This document shows positions 46,148 to 55,602 of a stretch of DNA of 64,000 bases, piece after piece (positions within the stretch are counted from its first letter, which is position 1; every line of letters begins with the position of its first letter). The notes under the pieces are model-generated. The model did not search any database. It had not been told where the DNA came from and worked only from the letters and a program-made list of their open reading frames with translations. The stretch spans positions 327 through 64,326 of the IMG/VR virus record IMGVR_UViG_3300015063_000004. One strand, 5' to 3'. This DNA comes from a virus. The position numbers were made by a program, and so were the translations under genes.

Positions 46148-48067
46148 GTGGACATCAAAATCACGGGCATGGTGGACATCGTTACCCCGTTGGGTAGCGA
46201 TTTCATCCCGCTTGCGCGCGGTGCCGACACGACAAACTATTACGTCACGCCTGCGGAACTCAAGACCTACATCAACGCGGGCACCGGCACAGTCACCAGC
46301 GTTGCCCTAAGCGGCGGCACAACCGGCCTGACTATAGGCGGATCGCCCGTCACCACGGCCGGAACGCTTACGCTGAGCGGCGGCGTGCTTGTGCCCGCAA
46401 ATGGCGGCACTGGCGTTGCCAACACCGGCTCGATTACGCTTGGCGGAAACCTTACGACTAGCGGTGCGTTCTCCGCCACGTTCACGCTCACGGCCACAAC
46501 GTCGGTGACGCTGCCGACTAGCGGGACGCTCATCAACACGACGGCGCTTCCTAGCGCAACCGCATCGCAGCTTTACGGTGGCACTGGCGCGGCTGGGGCT
46601 GCGGCGGTTGTCGCTGTGGGGTCTAACCTGTCGATATCTGGCGGCACGCTCTCGGCGTCCGCTCCGGGCACTGGCACGGTTACGAGCGTAGCAGCGGCGT
46701 CTAGCGGCGTGTTCTCCTACACCGGATCACCCGTCACTACCGCCGGCACGCTGACCCTGGTGGCGACAGGCACGTCCGGCGGCATCATCGGGTTCACGGG
46801 CGTCACCACCACCGCATCGTCGGTTCTGTTGACAGCGAACGCCTTGGTGCTGGGCGGCGGCGCTGGTGCTACGCCCGTGCCGCTCGGTTCTCTCGGCACC
46901 ACAACCACACTGTTGCACGGCAACGCAGCGGGTGCGCCGACATTCGGGGCGGTGGCGCTGGCCGCCGACGTTTCCGGCAACCTACCGCTCGCGAACATGG
47001 CGACGATTGCCGACCTCACGGTTTTGGGCAATGTGTCGGGCGGCACCGCCGTGCCAGTGGCGTTGACCAAGACGCAGCTTACGACGCTGGTCAATGCGTT
47101 CTCGTCCACTCTGTCCGGTGCTGCGCCGTCATCTGGCGGCGGCACCGCGAATTATCTGCGCGCCGATGGGACATGGGCAGCGCCACCAGGCGCGACCAGC
47201 GGCACTGTCACCAGCATCAATGCCACCGGCAATGGCGTCTACTCCTTCACTGGCGGTCCCGTCACCACGGCTGGCACGCTCACGCTCGTTGCGACCGGCA
47301 CGTCGGGCGGCATTCCGTATTTCAGCGGCACCACGACGCTATCGACCTCGGCGCTATTGGCGGCAAACCAACTCATCATTGGCGGCGGTGCTGGCACAAC
47401 CCCCGCCACACTCGGCAGCCTCGGCACCACGACAACCGTTCTGCATGGCAACGCAGCGGGCGCACCTACGTTTGGCTCGGTGGTGCTGACAAGCGACGTG
47501 TCGGGCACCCTTCCTGTTGGGAATGGTGGTCTCGGTATCGCCAGCGGCACCAGCGGGGGTATTCTAGGATTTACCGGCACAGCGACAATCGCATCATCCG
47601 CGCTACTCACTACTCACGGCGTCATGCTGGGTGGCGGCGCTGGCGCGACCCCGACCGCGATATCGTCGCTGGGTGCAACGGGGCAGGTTCTTACCAGCCA
47701 AGGCGCGAGCGCCGATCCGATCTATGCGTCGCGCACAATTACGGTTGGGTATGCGGTTGACGTGGCGACGGCTATCCCGGCTGGGACTTATGATTGCGGG
47801 GTTTTCGTGCAAGGCGGCACGGTTCTCAACAGCTATGGGCACGTCGTTTCTGGCGGCACGATTACGACCACGGGCGCCATCGGGCAGACCGGAACCTACA
47901 CGTCTATCACAGGTCTTGCGTCCATCGCGGCGTCATCCACCGTCGATACAGTTGGCACAGCGACTGCTGCGCAGACCATCGCGGCGGGTTCGCATCTTTG
48001 GGCGATTGTAGCGATCACCAGCGTGCCTCTTGGAGGGTCGATTATGTTTTCAGTGAAGGTTCCCTAA
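46148..48067 (+). CDS. Gly/Thr/Ala-rich repetitive fibre protein
   Basis: Repeated GTVTSV...PVTTAGTLTL and LGSLGTTTT.LHGNAAGAPTFG units. Confidence 0.72.
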   Translation: MDIKITGMVDIVTPLGSDFIPLARGADTTNYYVTPAELKTYINAGTGTVTSVALSGGTTGLTIGGSPVTTAGTLTLSGGVLVPANGGTGVANTGSITLGGNLTTSGAFSATFTLTATTSVTLPTSGTLINTTALPSATASQLYGGTGAAGAAAVVAVGSNLSISGGTLSASAPGTGTVTSVAAASSGVFSYTGSPVTTAGTLTLVATGTSGGIIGFTGVTTTASSVLLTANALVLGGGAGATPVPLGSLGTTTTLLHGNAAGAPTFGAVALAADVSGNLPLANMATIADLTVLGNVSGGTAVPVALTKTQLTTLVNAFSSTLSGAAPSSGGGTANYLRADGTWAAPPGATSGTVTSINATGNGVYSFTGGPVTTAGTLTLVATGTSGGIPYFSGTTTLSTSALLAANQLIIGGGAGTTPATLGSLGTTTTVLHGNAAGAPTFGSVVLTSDVSGTLPVGNGGLGIASGTSGGILGFTGTATIASSALLTTHGVMLGGGAGATPTAISSLGATGQVLTSQGASADPIYASRTITVGYAVDVATAIPAGTYDCGVFVQGGTVLNSYGHVVSGGTITTTGAIGQTGTYTSITGLASIAASSTVDTVGTATAAQTIAAGSHLWAIVAITSVPLGGSIMFSVKVP

Positions 48068-48483
48068 TGGCCTACTACACCGCATTCGTCACGCAATGGG
48101 CGACGCTCACGCCCGGCACCACGGCGGCGAAGCTCGCGCAACTCAACGCGCAGACCGTGGCGGGTACGCCGCTGGCCAATGCCTATCTAACCGGCGCGCA
48201 GATATACAACGCGATCGTTCCTGCCGAATTTGTCGCGCTATCCGCTGCCAATCAGCAGATCGTGCGAGATATCGTCGGCCTTGGCGGCAACATCGACGTG
48301 AACGCAGGGACCAATGCGCGGACGGCGTTGCTAAATGCTTTTGGGGTTGCCACCACGACTCGGGCCAATCTGGCGTCGATTGTGACTGCGGCAATCGCCG
48401 CTCCCGCGGTCCTCTGGTGGAAGGCGAACGGTTATCCGGCGCCGTTCAACGATTCTGATTGCGCTGCGGCGGGGGTTTCGTAA
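48067..48483 (+). CDS. Hypothetical protein
   Basis: TAATG coupling on both sides. Confidence 0.65.
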   Translation: MAYYTAFVTQWATLTPGTTAAKLAQLNAQTVAGTPLANAYLTGAQIYNAIVPAEFVALSAANQQIVRDIVGLGGNIDVNAGTNARTALLNAFGVATTTRANLASIVTAAIAAPAVLWWKANGYPAPFNDSDCAAAGVS

Positions 48484-48950
48484 TGCCGACAAACTTTCTG
48501 TGGGGCACAGTCCCCTCCGTAATCAATCTGCTGACAACTGAGATGAACAGCCTCGCGTCTGGCAGCGGCACCGCGCTTGGGCCAGAAATCGACAATACGA
48601 CGAACGCGATGCAGATGGGGCGATTGCACCTGCACCTTGCGTCCAACTCTCTTGCGCTAGTCGCAGGCTCCTACTGCAAGGTCTTCTTTCTGCCGTCCAA
48701 CGCCGGCAGCACGTATCCGACCTATACGAGCGGCGCGAGCTATGCGCTGGCCGAAAGCAACTATCTGGTCGGCAACATTTTCCTCAATCCGAAAACGCAG
48801 TCAGCGAACGTGGTGGATGAATGGCTTGAGGGCGTCTTCATGCCGGCCGGAAAATTCAAGACCGTGCTGGTGTACGTCGGCGGGGGCGCCGGCACTCTGC
48901 CGGCCAGCGGCAACACGCTCGATATCTTCCCGACGCCTTCGCAGTATTAA
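48483..48950 (+). CDS. Hypothetical beta-rich virion-associated protein
   Basis: TAATG coupling; upstream of the LamG gene. Confidence 0.65.
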   Translation: MPTNFLWGTVPSVINLLTTEMNSLASGSGTALGPEIDNTTNAMQMGRLHLHLASNSLALVAGSYCKVFFLPSNAGSTYPTYTSGASYALAESNYLVGNIFLNPKTQSANVVDEWLEGVFMPAGKFKTVLVYVGGGAGTLPASGNTLDIFPTPSQY

Positions 48951-48953
48951 GCC

Positions 48954-49787
48954 GTGATCTACCCTGGTCGCAGGGGTTTACAGTCCCCGTCTCAGCTTGT
49001 TCCCGAAAGTCGCCTAAATCAAGCGATGCGGGGATATCCGCGTCTCGATCTCAACGATCGGATCAATCAAGGCTTGGTTGGATATTGGTCGATGGACGCG
49101 AGCACTCTGCAAGGTTCGCTGATTCGAGACTTGTCGGGCTTCGGCAATAACGGGACGTTGGTTGCCGCGCCGCTGCTGGTAAATGGGCGTGTTGGGAACG
49201 CGCTTTCGTTCAACGGCTCTACACAATATGTCTCTGTCGCGGATGCGGCGAGCCTGGACGTGTCATCAGGAACGTGGGCTTTTTGGATTAACCTGACCGC
49301 CGACCTCGGAGGAAGCGGCGCCGCGATAATGTATAAGACAGACACCGGCCCCTCGGCCAACGGCGTCCTTTGCATTCATATCGCACGTCAGGTAATTTTT
49401 GGGACGAGGACCGCGACGGGCGCCGGGCAATCCGAGTGGGATGGTCCAACAATTCCCACAGGAGAATGGCACCACTTCATTTTTACATGGATATCCGGCG
49501 GAGCGACCACTGGGTTCTATGATGGTATTCAGCAATTTTCAGGGTCGACAGCCGCATTCAGTTTTTCAACTCAGCCACTCTATATTGCTCAGACCGGCGA
49601 CGGCGCCCCAGTTTTCAAAACGCTGGATGGCCTCATGGATGATGTCCGGGTGTACAATCGCCCGGTGACGCCGGCTGAGGCGTGGCGCATGTTCTCCGAC
49701 ACCAGCGGAAATCTCGGTTTGATCGTGCCGACGCGACGGATCGTGGGATGTACTGGAAAGCGTCCATACCTGGTGAACTGGATATGA
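48954..49787 (+). CDS. LamG/concanavalin A-like lectin domain protein
   Basis: GLVGYWSMD...DLSGFGNNGTL...ALSFNG...WHHFIFT...LDGLMDDVRVYNR. Confidence 0.87.
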   Translation: MIYPGRRGLQSPSQLVPESRLNQAMRGYPRLDLNDRINQGLVGYWSMDASTLQGSLIRDLSGFGNNGTLVAAPLLVNGRVGNALSFNGSTQYVSVADAASLDVSSGTWAFWINLTADLGGSGAAIMYKTDTGPSANGVLCIHIARQVIFGTRTATGAGQSEWDGPTIPTGEWHHFIFTWISGGATTGFYDGIQQFSGSTAAFSFSTQPLYIAQTGDGAPVFKTLDGLMDDVRVYNRPVTPAEAWRMFSDTSGNLGLIVPTRRIVGCTGKRPYLVNWI

Positions 49788-49942
49788 CGATGGAATGCAG
49801 ACCGCATTGGCGCTGTGGAGATAGGTCCGCGAAAGTGATGGCAACAGCGATCGGTCTTAAGGCCACAGATGTGGATTTCATCCAATTCGTATAGCGGGCC
49901 GTGATGACCGTGGCGGCGTCTAACTAGGGGGTGGGTAAGCAT

Positions 49943-50209
49943 ATGACCGGCGCGGAAATCGTCACGGCTATTCCTGGTTTGGTGGCAGGCATTGTCTCGG
50001 CCGCAACGCTGGTGGTCTCTGTTCTAACGCATATCCGTGGCAAGCGGATCGAGGTGAATATCGACGGCAAGATGGAGGAGTTTTTACGGGCGACGCGCGC
50101 GCAGGGGTTTAACGAGGGCGTGCAGCACGCAGAACTCCGGTCGGACGATGTTACAAGCGCCACGGCCATCGCCGCTGCTGCGGTGTTGAAAACCGCAAAG
50201 GAAAAGTGA
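49943..50209 (+). CDS. Small membrane protein
   Basis: N-terminal hydrophobic helix. Confidence 0.6.
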   Translation: MTGAEIVTAIPGLVAGIVSAATLVVSVLTHIRGKRIEVNIDGKMEEFLRATRAQGFNEGVQHAELRSDDVTSATAIAAAAVLKTAKEK

Positions 50210-50308
50210 TGGCACCGATGCAACCTTTGCGCGTAGTATCTGGACGCGCCTTGTCACGCCAGATTCACGGCAGAATAACTGACGCTCTCACTAGGAGTTG
50301 ATGGTATT

Positions 50309-50572
50309 ATGCTTGTTCATCTCGCTGCCAAGGGAGCGTCGCCGATGGCTGGCCGTAGTGTGCCTGACGGGTTCGATGAAAGGCTGCGCGAAGTGGAAAC
50401 TTGGCAGGCTTCGCACGAAAGCGAATGCATCGGGAGGCATCGCGCGATTGAAATACGCATGGACTCGCAGAACAGACTGCTTCTGGCGGCGGTGCTGTTT
50501 CTGTCGCTGATGATCCTCGGGGCGCAGTCGCCGCTGGTGCAGGCATTTCTGCATCGGTTGGGGTTGGGCTAG
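50309..50572 (+). CDS. Small protein with C-terminal TM helix (holin or antiholin candidate; start uncertain)
   Basis: Coiled N-terminus then LLLAAVLFLSLMILG. Confidence 0.55.
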   Translation: MLVHLAAKGASPMAGRSVPDGFDERLREVETWQASHESECIGRHRAIEIRMDSQNRLLLAAVLFLSLMILGAQSPLVQAFLHRLGLG

Positions 50573-50827
50573 CGCCGGGCTTCCACCGGCTGCCGTCCGC
50601 TGCGCAGCGCCGTGGGCGCTGGCCGGAATGTCTGCGCCGATCGCGGGGCGTCCCCGGCGCGGGAGAACGGCTCAGACGCTTTGCGACTAACCGAGGTTGC
50701 TGCGGGCCTTTGGACTACGCAGGGAACCCTTAACCCCAAAAGTCCGTGCGGTTTCTGGGTGGTTGCTCTTCGCCACCGCAGCCCAAAACCCATAGCATCG
50801 CCGCACCGAATATGCTAGGGGAAATGC

Positions 50828-51931
50828 GTGGTAGTCCTCGCACCGAACGGCACACCCGATAACGGCACGGCAATTAGCGTCGCGCTACTGAGCGGCCCGG
50901 TGACGCTGGAACCGGGCGTGTTTCCGCTGCTGAACCCGATCATCCTGCCGCCGCTGGCGTCGCTACGTGGCGCTGGGCCGCAGTTCACGACGCTGATGCC
51001 CAGCACGGCTGGGATGACGGCGGTTCGGTATGCCGGCGCGGATGGCACGGACGATGCGGCGATCGCTCTGGCAGATTTCACGGTGCATCCGGTGGCGGCT
51101 GGCGTTACCGGCATCGCCATCAAGGGCAGCCTCGCGCCTAACTCCCTAGTTTCCGCCATGACGGTCGATAACGTCGGCCTGACGCTGTGCCAGGCGGGGA
51201 TGGCAGCGGAGAATGTTTGGAGTCCAATCATATCGAGGGTGATCGCCAAGGCTTGCACCGGCACGGCGCTATCGTTCCGCATGTGCGGGCAGGGGATTTT
51301 GTCGGCGAGCGTTGTGGAAAACGGCGGCACCGATCCAGGGGCGGCTGCGATCTTGGTGCAAGGGTCGCCGACCGATGCGCCAGCCGGCGAGGGGTTCGCC
51401 ATTTCCAACACCTACGTCAACACCGTCGCCGGCATGGGCTGCGTCCTGCGCGACGTGCATTTCGTGACGGTTGGCACTAGCTCGTTTACGTCCTGCGCCA
51501 AGGGGGCGCTTTGGGCCGCTGGCAATACGGCGGCGGTTAAGGTTGTCGGGACCGATCTAGGCGCGCAGCAGGACCAGGCCGCATGGGCGGTGTTCTTTGA
51601 TCCTACCACGTCCGGCTGCACCATCGCCGATTGCGAACTATTCGAGGCATACGGCGGTGTCTATGCCCAAGGCCGCGCGCACCGGATTAGCGGGTCTATG
51701 TTCCAGGGCATGAAGCAGTGCGACGCGGCTCTGGCCGGCGCGACCGATTGCATCGTAACCGGCAACACCGGGGATTCCGCTTGCGTGGCGCCGTGGAATT
51801 TTGGGGAAGCTAATACGCTGTGTCGGGGCAACCTGTTCTCGGGCAACATCGTGCGGCGTGGAATCGGCATTGCAACCGGCACGATTTCGTTCGCGGTGAA
51901 TAACCGGAAAATTGGCGGGGGCGGGGCATGA
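50828..51931 (+). CDS. Right-handed parallel beta-helix (pectin lyase-like) protein
   Basis: VTLEPGVF...SLRGAGP..TTL start motif and periodic C/I/N repeats (CIVTGN, FSGNI). Confidence 0.75.
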   Translation: MVVLAPNGTPDNGTAISVALLSGPVTLEPGVFPLLNPIILPPLASLRGAGPQFTTLMPSTAGMTAVRYAGADGTDDAAIALADFTVHPVAAGVTGIAIKGSLAPNSLVSAMTVDNVGLTLCQAGMAAENVWSPIISRVIAKACTGTALSFRMCGQGILSASVVENGGTDPGAAAILVQGSPTDAPAGEGFAISNTYVNTVAGMGCVLRDVHFVTVGTSSFTSCAKGALWAAGNTAAVKVVGTDLGAQQDQAAWAVFFDPTTSGCTIADCELFEAYGGVYAQGRAHRISGSMFQGMKQCDAALAGATDCIVTGNTGDSACVAPWNFGEANTLCRGNLFSGNIVRRGIGIATGTISFAVNNRKIGGGGA

Positions 51932-52629
51932 CGGTAACAACACTATCCCCCGCCGACTACGCCGCCGCTGCCACGGCGCTGGGCTGCGATCCTCCGGCTA
52001 TTCAGGCGCTCGAGGCGGTCGAAAGCGCGGGCAGCGGGTTCCTGCCGGATGGTCGGCCGCAGTTGCTATACGAGGCGCACCGCTTCGACGCACTGACGGG
52101 CGGCAAGTTTCGCGGCGCACTTGACCGCTTCGGCGTGTCGCTATCGGCTCGGGAATGGGATCGGTCATTGTATGGTGCTGGGGGCGCGCACCAGTGGATG
52201 CGACACGACGATGCCGCCAAGCTGGACGCGATGCGCGCGGATATGGCTTGCAGTTGGGGCATGTTCCAAATCCTGGGCGAAAACTTCCATATGTGTGGCT
52301 TTCGCACGGTGCCGGATTTTGTCACGGCGATGCGCGGGAGCGCCGTTCTGCATTTGGCGGCGTTTGTGGTTTTCATCAAAATGTCCAACCTCGCCGGCCC
52401 GCTTGCTCGGCATGATTGGGCGGTTGTCGCGCGCGGTTACAACGGTCCGGGTCAAGTGGATGCGTATGCGGCGAAACTGGCGGCGGCTTACAAGCGGATC
52501 AACGGCGCGGGGACGCTCGCGCACACGATCCAGTACATGCCGATTGGCGCTGATACCGTGCCGCCGGCGATGATGAGCGACGCGGACGTGCTTAACCAGA
52601 GGCAGATAGACAAGGGGACTATCGGATGA
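51928..52629 (+). CDS. Endolysin, N-acetylmuramidase (DUF3380-type)
   Basis: AVESAGSGF...[11 protein letters not shown]...[11 protein letters not shown]...ARGYNGPG. Confidence 0.9.
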   Translation: MTVTTLSPADYAAAATALGCDPPAIQALEAVESAGSGFLPDGRPQLLYEAHRFDALTGGKFRGALDRFGVSLSAREWDRSLYGAGGAHQWMRHDDAAKLDAMRADMACSWGMFQILGENFHMCGFRTVPDFVTAMRGSAVLHLAAFVVFIKMSNLAGPLARHDWAVVARGYNGPGQVDAYAAKLAAAYKRINGAGTLAHTIQYMPIGADTVPPAMMSDADVLNQRQIDKGTIG

Positions 52630-53114
52630 GCGCCACAATGCCATTGCCGCCGGCATCGCCGTCGAAAACGGCCATCGCCACATGGGCCGCGCCGGTCATC
52701 TCGGTCATCACGCTTCTACTGTTCGGGCTGGCGTATTTCATCGCCTGGCAGACCTCGGACAAATCGACAACCCTGCTGCTGGCCGGCGCAATCATCTCAA
52801 TGGCAACCGGCACCGTCAATTTCTGGACCGGCGGCACGGCTGGCGGCCAGCGCAGCAATGAGACGATTTCCTCGATCGCAACGCAGAACTCGGCGCCGGT
52901 CACTCCGGTGGTGGTGGCGCCCGTCGCTCCGGTCGCGCCCATTGCACCGATTGCCCCCATCGCGCCGATCGCGCCTGTGATCCCCGGTGGCGAGCCTGCC
53001 GCGCCAGTGGCACCCGTCGCGCCAGTCGCGCCGATTATGCCCGTCGCGCAACCTTCCGCGCTCGCACCCGTTCCCTTCGTGCCGCCGGCAGCGCCGCCGG
53101 GTCCGCAACCCTAG
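52626..53114 (+). CDS. Two-TM protein with Pro-rich tail (holin candidate)
   Basis: Two hydrophobic helices, VNFWTGG, (V/I)AP repeats. Confidence 0.6.
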   Translation: MSATMPLPPASPSKTAIATWAAPVISVITLLLFGLAYFIAWQTSDKSTTLLLAGAIISMATGTVNFWTGGTAGGQRSNETISSIATQNSAPVTPVVVAPVAPVAPIAPIAPIAPIAPVIPGGEPAAPVAPVAPVAPIMPVAQPSALAPVPFVPPAAPPGPQP

Positions 53115-53123
53115 GAAAGTGCC

Positions 53124-53363
53124 ATGTGCTTCTCAGCCGGCGGAATAGAAAACTTCCTGATTTGGCTCGTCGTTGTCTGCGCCGTGATCGGGGTTCTGCG
53201 CATCCTTGTGCCGTGGATACTTTCGCTGGCCGGCATCGGCGTGGACGGCCAGATTATGAGGATTATCAACATCATCATCGTGGCGTTCGTGATCGTCGCG
53301 CTGATAATCTTCGCGTTCGGCGTGTTTCAATGTCTCGGGGGCGGTGTTCCCCGTTTGCGATGA
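53124..53363 (+). CDS. Small two-TM membrane protein
   Basis: Two strongly hydrophobic segments. Confidence 0.7.
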   Translation: MCFSAGGIENFLIWLVVVCAVIGVLRILVPWILSLAGIGVDGQIMRIINIIIVAFVIVALIIFAFGVFQCLGGGVPRLR

Positions 53364-53374
53364 AAGGACCACCC

Positions 53375-53749
53375 ATGACCCGCCTTTTCGTATGCGTGCT
53401 GATGATGACCTTGGCGTCATGCAACAACGTGCTGCCACCGGCCCCAAAGACGGCCGGACAGGCCGCTTTCGAGGTCACTGCCACCTATGCCGGCGCGCTC
53501 GCAATCGTCGTGGCCTACGACAAGTTGCCGACATGCACGAAGCCTGTCACGGCGCCGCTGTGCGCCACGCAGGTCAACCGCCATGCTGCGGCCGTTGCCG
53601 TGAACAAGGCCGACCCGGTGGTGCGGTCAATGACCGTCATCGCTCGCGCCACGAACCCCGACGCGACAGCCCTCGCCAACGCCGTATCTGCGGCTACAGC
53701 GGCGGTCGGCGAGCTTTCGGCCTTCGCCACAACCCTCAAGGTGAAATGA
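53375..53749 (+). CDS. Lipoprotein (spanin-like position)
   Basis: MTRLFVCVLMMT-LASC lipobox, SD AAAGGA. Confidence 0.7.
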   Translation: MTRLFVCVLMMTLASCNNVLPPAPKTAGQAAFEVTATYAGALAIVVAYDKLPTCTKPVTAPLCATQVNRHAAAVAVNKADPVVRSMTVIARATNPDATALANAVSAATAAVGELSAFATTLKVK

Positions 53750-53750
53750 C

Positions 53751-53960
53751 ATGGGCGGTGTTCTCACTCTCGCGATGACGGTGCTTTCGGAGCTTCCTGC
53801 GCTGATTTCGGCTGGGCGGGACGTTTACGGTCTCATTGTCTCCACCAACACCACGATCAAATCGGCGCAGGCAGCGGGGCGCGATCCGACCGATGACGAG
53901 TGGAACGCGCTGCTGGCACTGATCGCGGACGAGAAGGCGGCTATCGACGCGGCGGGTTAG
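53751..53960 (+). CDS. Small hypothetical protein, last late gene
   Basis: Follows the lipoprotein; converges with the early operon. Confidence 0.6.
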   Translation: MGGVLTLAMTVLSELPALISAGRDVYGLIVSTNTTIKSAQAAGRDPTDDEWNALLALIADEKAAIDAAG

Positions 53961-54193
53961 AGTTTCCAATTCCGCGCTTCTTCCGCCGCCATCAAATGCC
54001 ATAGCCTGTGGGCCTCAACCTCCACGGTTTCGGGCAGTTCTACCGATAGAACCTCGCCGCCGGGGTTGACGCCGCGTAGGTGTGATTCCCTGACGGCCTC
54101 GATAAAATCGTCGCCTTCCGCGACTAGCGCGCCGAGGAACTGCGTTCCTTTCGGTCGGTCTGGATCGCAGAAACTTAGCCAAAAATAGGGCAT
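53957..54193 (-). CDS. Hypothetical protein
   Basis: SD GAAGGAAG. Confidence 0.65.
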   Translation of the reverse strand: MPYFWLSFCDPDRPKGTQFLGALVAEGDDFIEAVRESHLRGVNPGGEVLSVELPETVEVEAHRLWHLMAAEEARNWKL

Positions 54194-54241
54194 CGCTGTT
54201 CTTCCTTCGCCCGCGACAGGCGGATGCGCTGGGGTGTGGGG

Positions 54242-54493
54242 TTAGGCATTGCGAACCCACCTTCTGACTGACAATTCGCAGCCCCAGCTTTTGAGACAAA
54301 TTCCGTTCGCCATACCCCGGTGCGTCGCCGCTCCTTTACATCCGCAACGGCACCGCTTGCGGCGATGCTCGGTGGGTTCGGCGTATCGGATATGCTCGGT
54401 TGCTGATGCTCGGGTTCCCCATTCCGCCGTGCCGCCCCTCATGGCTGCGGCAAGAGCGGCAGGCGACATCCGGTTAAAGTCGCTACTCCCCAT
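54242..54493 (-). CDS. Cys-rich hypothetical protein
   Basis: CRCGC, GICL.SWGC. Confidence 0.6.
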   Translation of the reverse strand: MGSSDFNRMSPAALAAAMRGGTAEWGTRASATEHIRYAEPTEHRRKRCRCGCKGAATHRGMANGICLKSWGCELSVRRWVRNA

Positions 54494-54815
54494 CGCGCGC
54501 CTCCTGCCGGGCGACGGCGGCGAGCATGGCGGTCCAGATGCGACGGCATATCCAATCGCTGGGCATATCGTCGCGTATCCATTCGGTGGCCGCTTCGAGC
54601 ATGCGTTCTGTCGGCTCCCGTGGCACCACCACGAAACCCGCCGCCTCGATGGCCGGTTGGATCGCGCGGAGTGCGGCGGTGGCGTCGGGCATGTATGGCA
54701 CCCACATTGGATCATCGTGGACACCTTCTATCCCGCTAGGGTCCATGCCATCAGCCACGCACAGCGCCCGCGCCGCAGCCTCGATCGCGGCGGGAAGGGT
54801 GGAGAGGACGGTCAT
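54483..54815 (-). CDS. Hypothetical protein, paralogue A of the MTVLSTLP family
   Basis: N-terminus identical to 56786-57430. Confidence 0.7.
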   Translation of the reverse strand: MTVLSTLPAAIEAAARALCVADGMDPSGIEGVHDDPMWVPYMPDATAALRAIQPAIEAAGFVVVPREPTERMLEAATEWIRDDMPSDWICRRIWTAMLAAVARQEARDGE

Positions 54816-54867
54816 GCAATGGCGCTCCCGGCGAAAGTCAGGTCCGTCTTTCCGTCAGGCCAAACCC
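54759..54867. repeat. R1 copy A (109-bp perfect direct repeat; copy B 57374-57482)
   Basis: Base-by-base comparison. Confidence 0.9.
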
Positions 54868-55027
54868 TTGCAATCATCACATCATCATCTAGGCGAATGA
54901 CGTGAACAACCTCGCCCGCCTGACTGGCGCGACGCTTGGCTGTTCCGATAGCGGTTTCAATGTCGTCCTTTTCCGATCCGACGCGAGTGTGGCCGCCGAC
55001 GCGAAGGATGAAAGCATCACCGCCCAT
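54812..55027 (-). CDS. Hypothetical protein
   Basis: SD GGGAGG; ATGA coupling. Confidence 0.55.
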   Translation of the reverse strand: MGGDAFILRVGGHTRVGSEKDDIETAIGTAKRRASQAGEVVHVIRLDDDVMIARVWPDGKTDLTFAGSAIA

Positions 55028-55238
55028 CGTCACCCTCCCGTGCCGGTGGGATCGCGGGGGCGACGTAGCGCCAGCCGTCTTCGCCAGCAAACGCCGGATA
55101 ATAGGGCGGGGGCAGTCCGGTGCGATACCATTTGGTAGCAATCCACTCCCATACTTCCATGCGTCCACCGCCGTCAGAAACCCAATGCCACCGCTTCCCC
55201 CGATGCTCGGCCGGCGGTTCGCAGCGCGGGGCGGTCAT
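55017..55238 (-). CDS. Hypothetical protein, paralogue A of the MTAPRCEPP family
   Basis: First 20 aa identical to 57571-57777. Confidence 0.65.
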   Translation of the reverse strand: MTAPRCEPPAEHRGKRWHWVSDGGGRMEVWEWIATKWYRTGLPPPYYPAFAGEDGWRYVAPAIPPAREGDDGR

Positions 55239-55239
55239 G
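55180..55239. repeat. R2 copy A (60-bp perfect direct repeat; copy B 57719-57778)
   Basis: Base-by-base comparison. Confidence 0.9.
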
Positions 55240-55423
55240 ACTTTGCGACCCTAACAAACAGGTGGCAGTTATATCCGATGCTGACCTGGGCAAACCGGCG
55301 ATGCGCGGCGTCGGTCGCGCCATATCCCTGGAAAATCTCAGGTTTGACTTCTGCGTCGTTGTAGAAGATCAGCCACACGACAGGATCATCCGGCGGCAGT
55401 TTGTCAAACGGATCGTCCGCCAT
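55235..55423 (-). CDS. Hypothetical protein
   Basis: TGATG coupling, SD GGAGGGG. Confidence 0.6.
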   Translation of the reverse strand: MADDPFDKLPPDDPVVWLIFYNDAEVKPEIFQGYGATDAAHRRFAQVSIGYNCHLFVRVAKS

Positions 55424-55602
55424 CACCCCCTCCCCATCGCCGCTTCGAGCGCAGCGCGCATGGCGTCGTGGCGAACCCAACTCTGGTAATCGTCAAACTT
55501 TATGCCAGTTGGAATGATGCGGTTCCGGGTGCGAGTCGCCTCTTTGCGGTGCGCCAGTAAAGCCAGTTCCACCATCCCGTCATCCACCACGCGCAGCCGC
55601 GC
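55420..55602. repeat. R3 copy A (imperfect 183-bp repeat; copy B 57947-58129)
   Basis: First ~90 bp near-identical, then scattered substitutions. Confidence 0.85.

Noticed and set aside
39790-49787. BPP-1-style diversity-generating retroelement
   Set aside because: No reverse transcriptase and no TR/VR pair differing at adenines was seen; the 54-59 kb repeats do not show an adenine-specific pattern
53900-54250. Integrase, attachment site or terminator at the late/early convergence
   Set aside because: Convergent stops overlap directly (53957-53960); no recombinase gene, att-like repeat or hairpin with U-tract is evident
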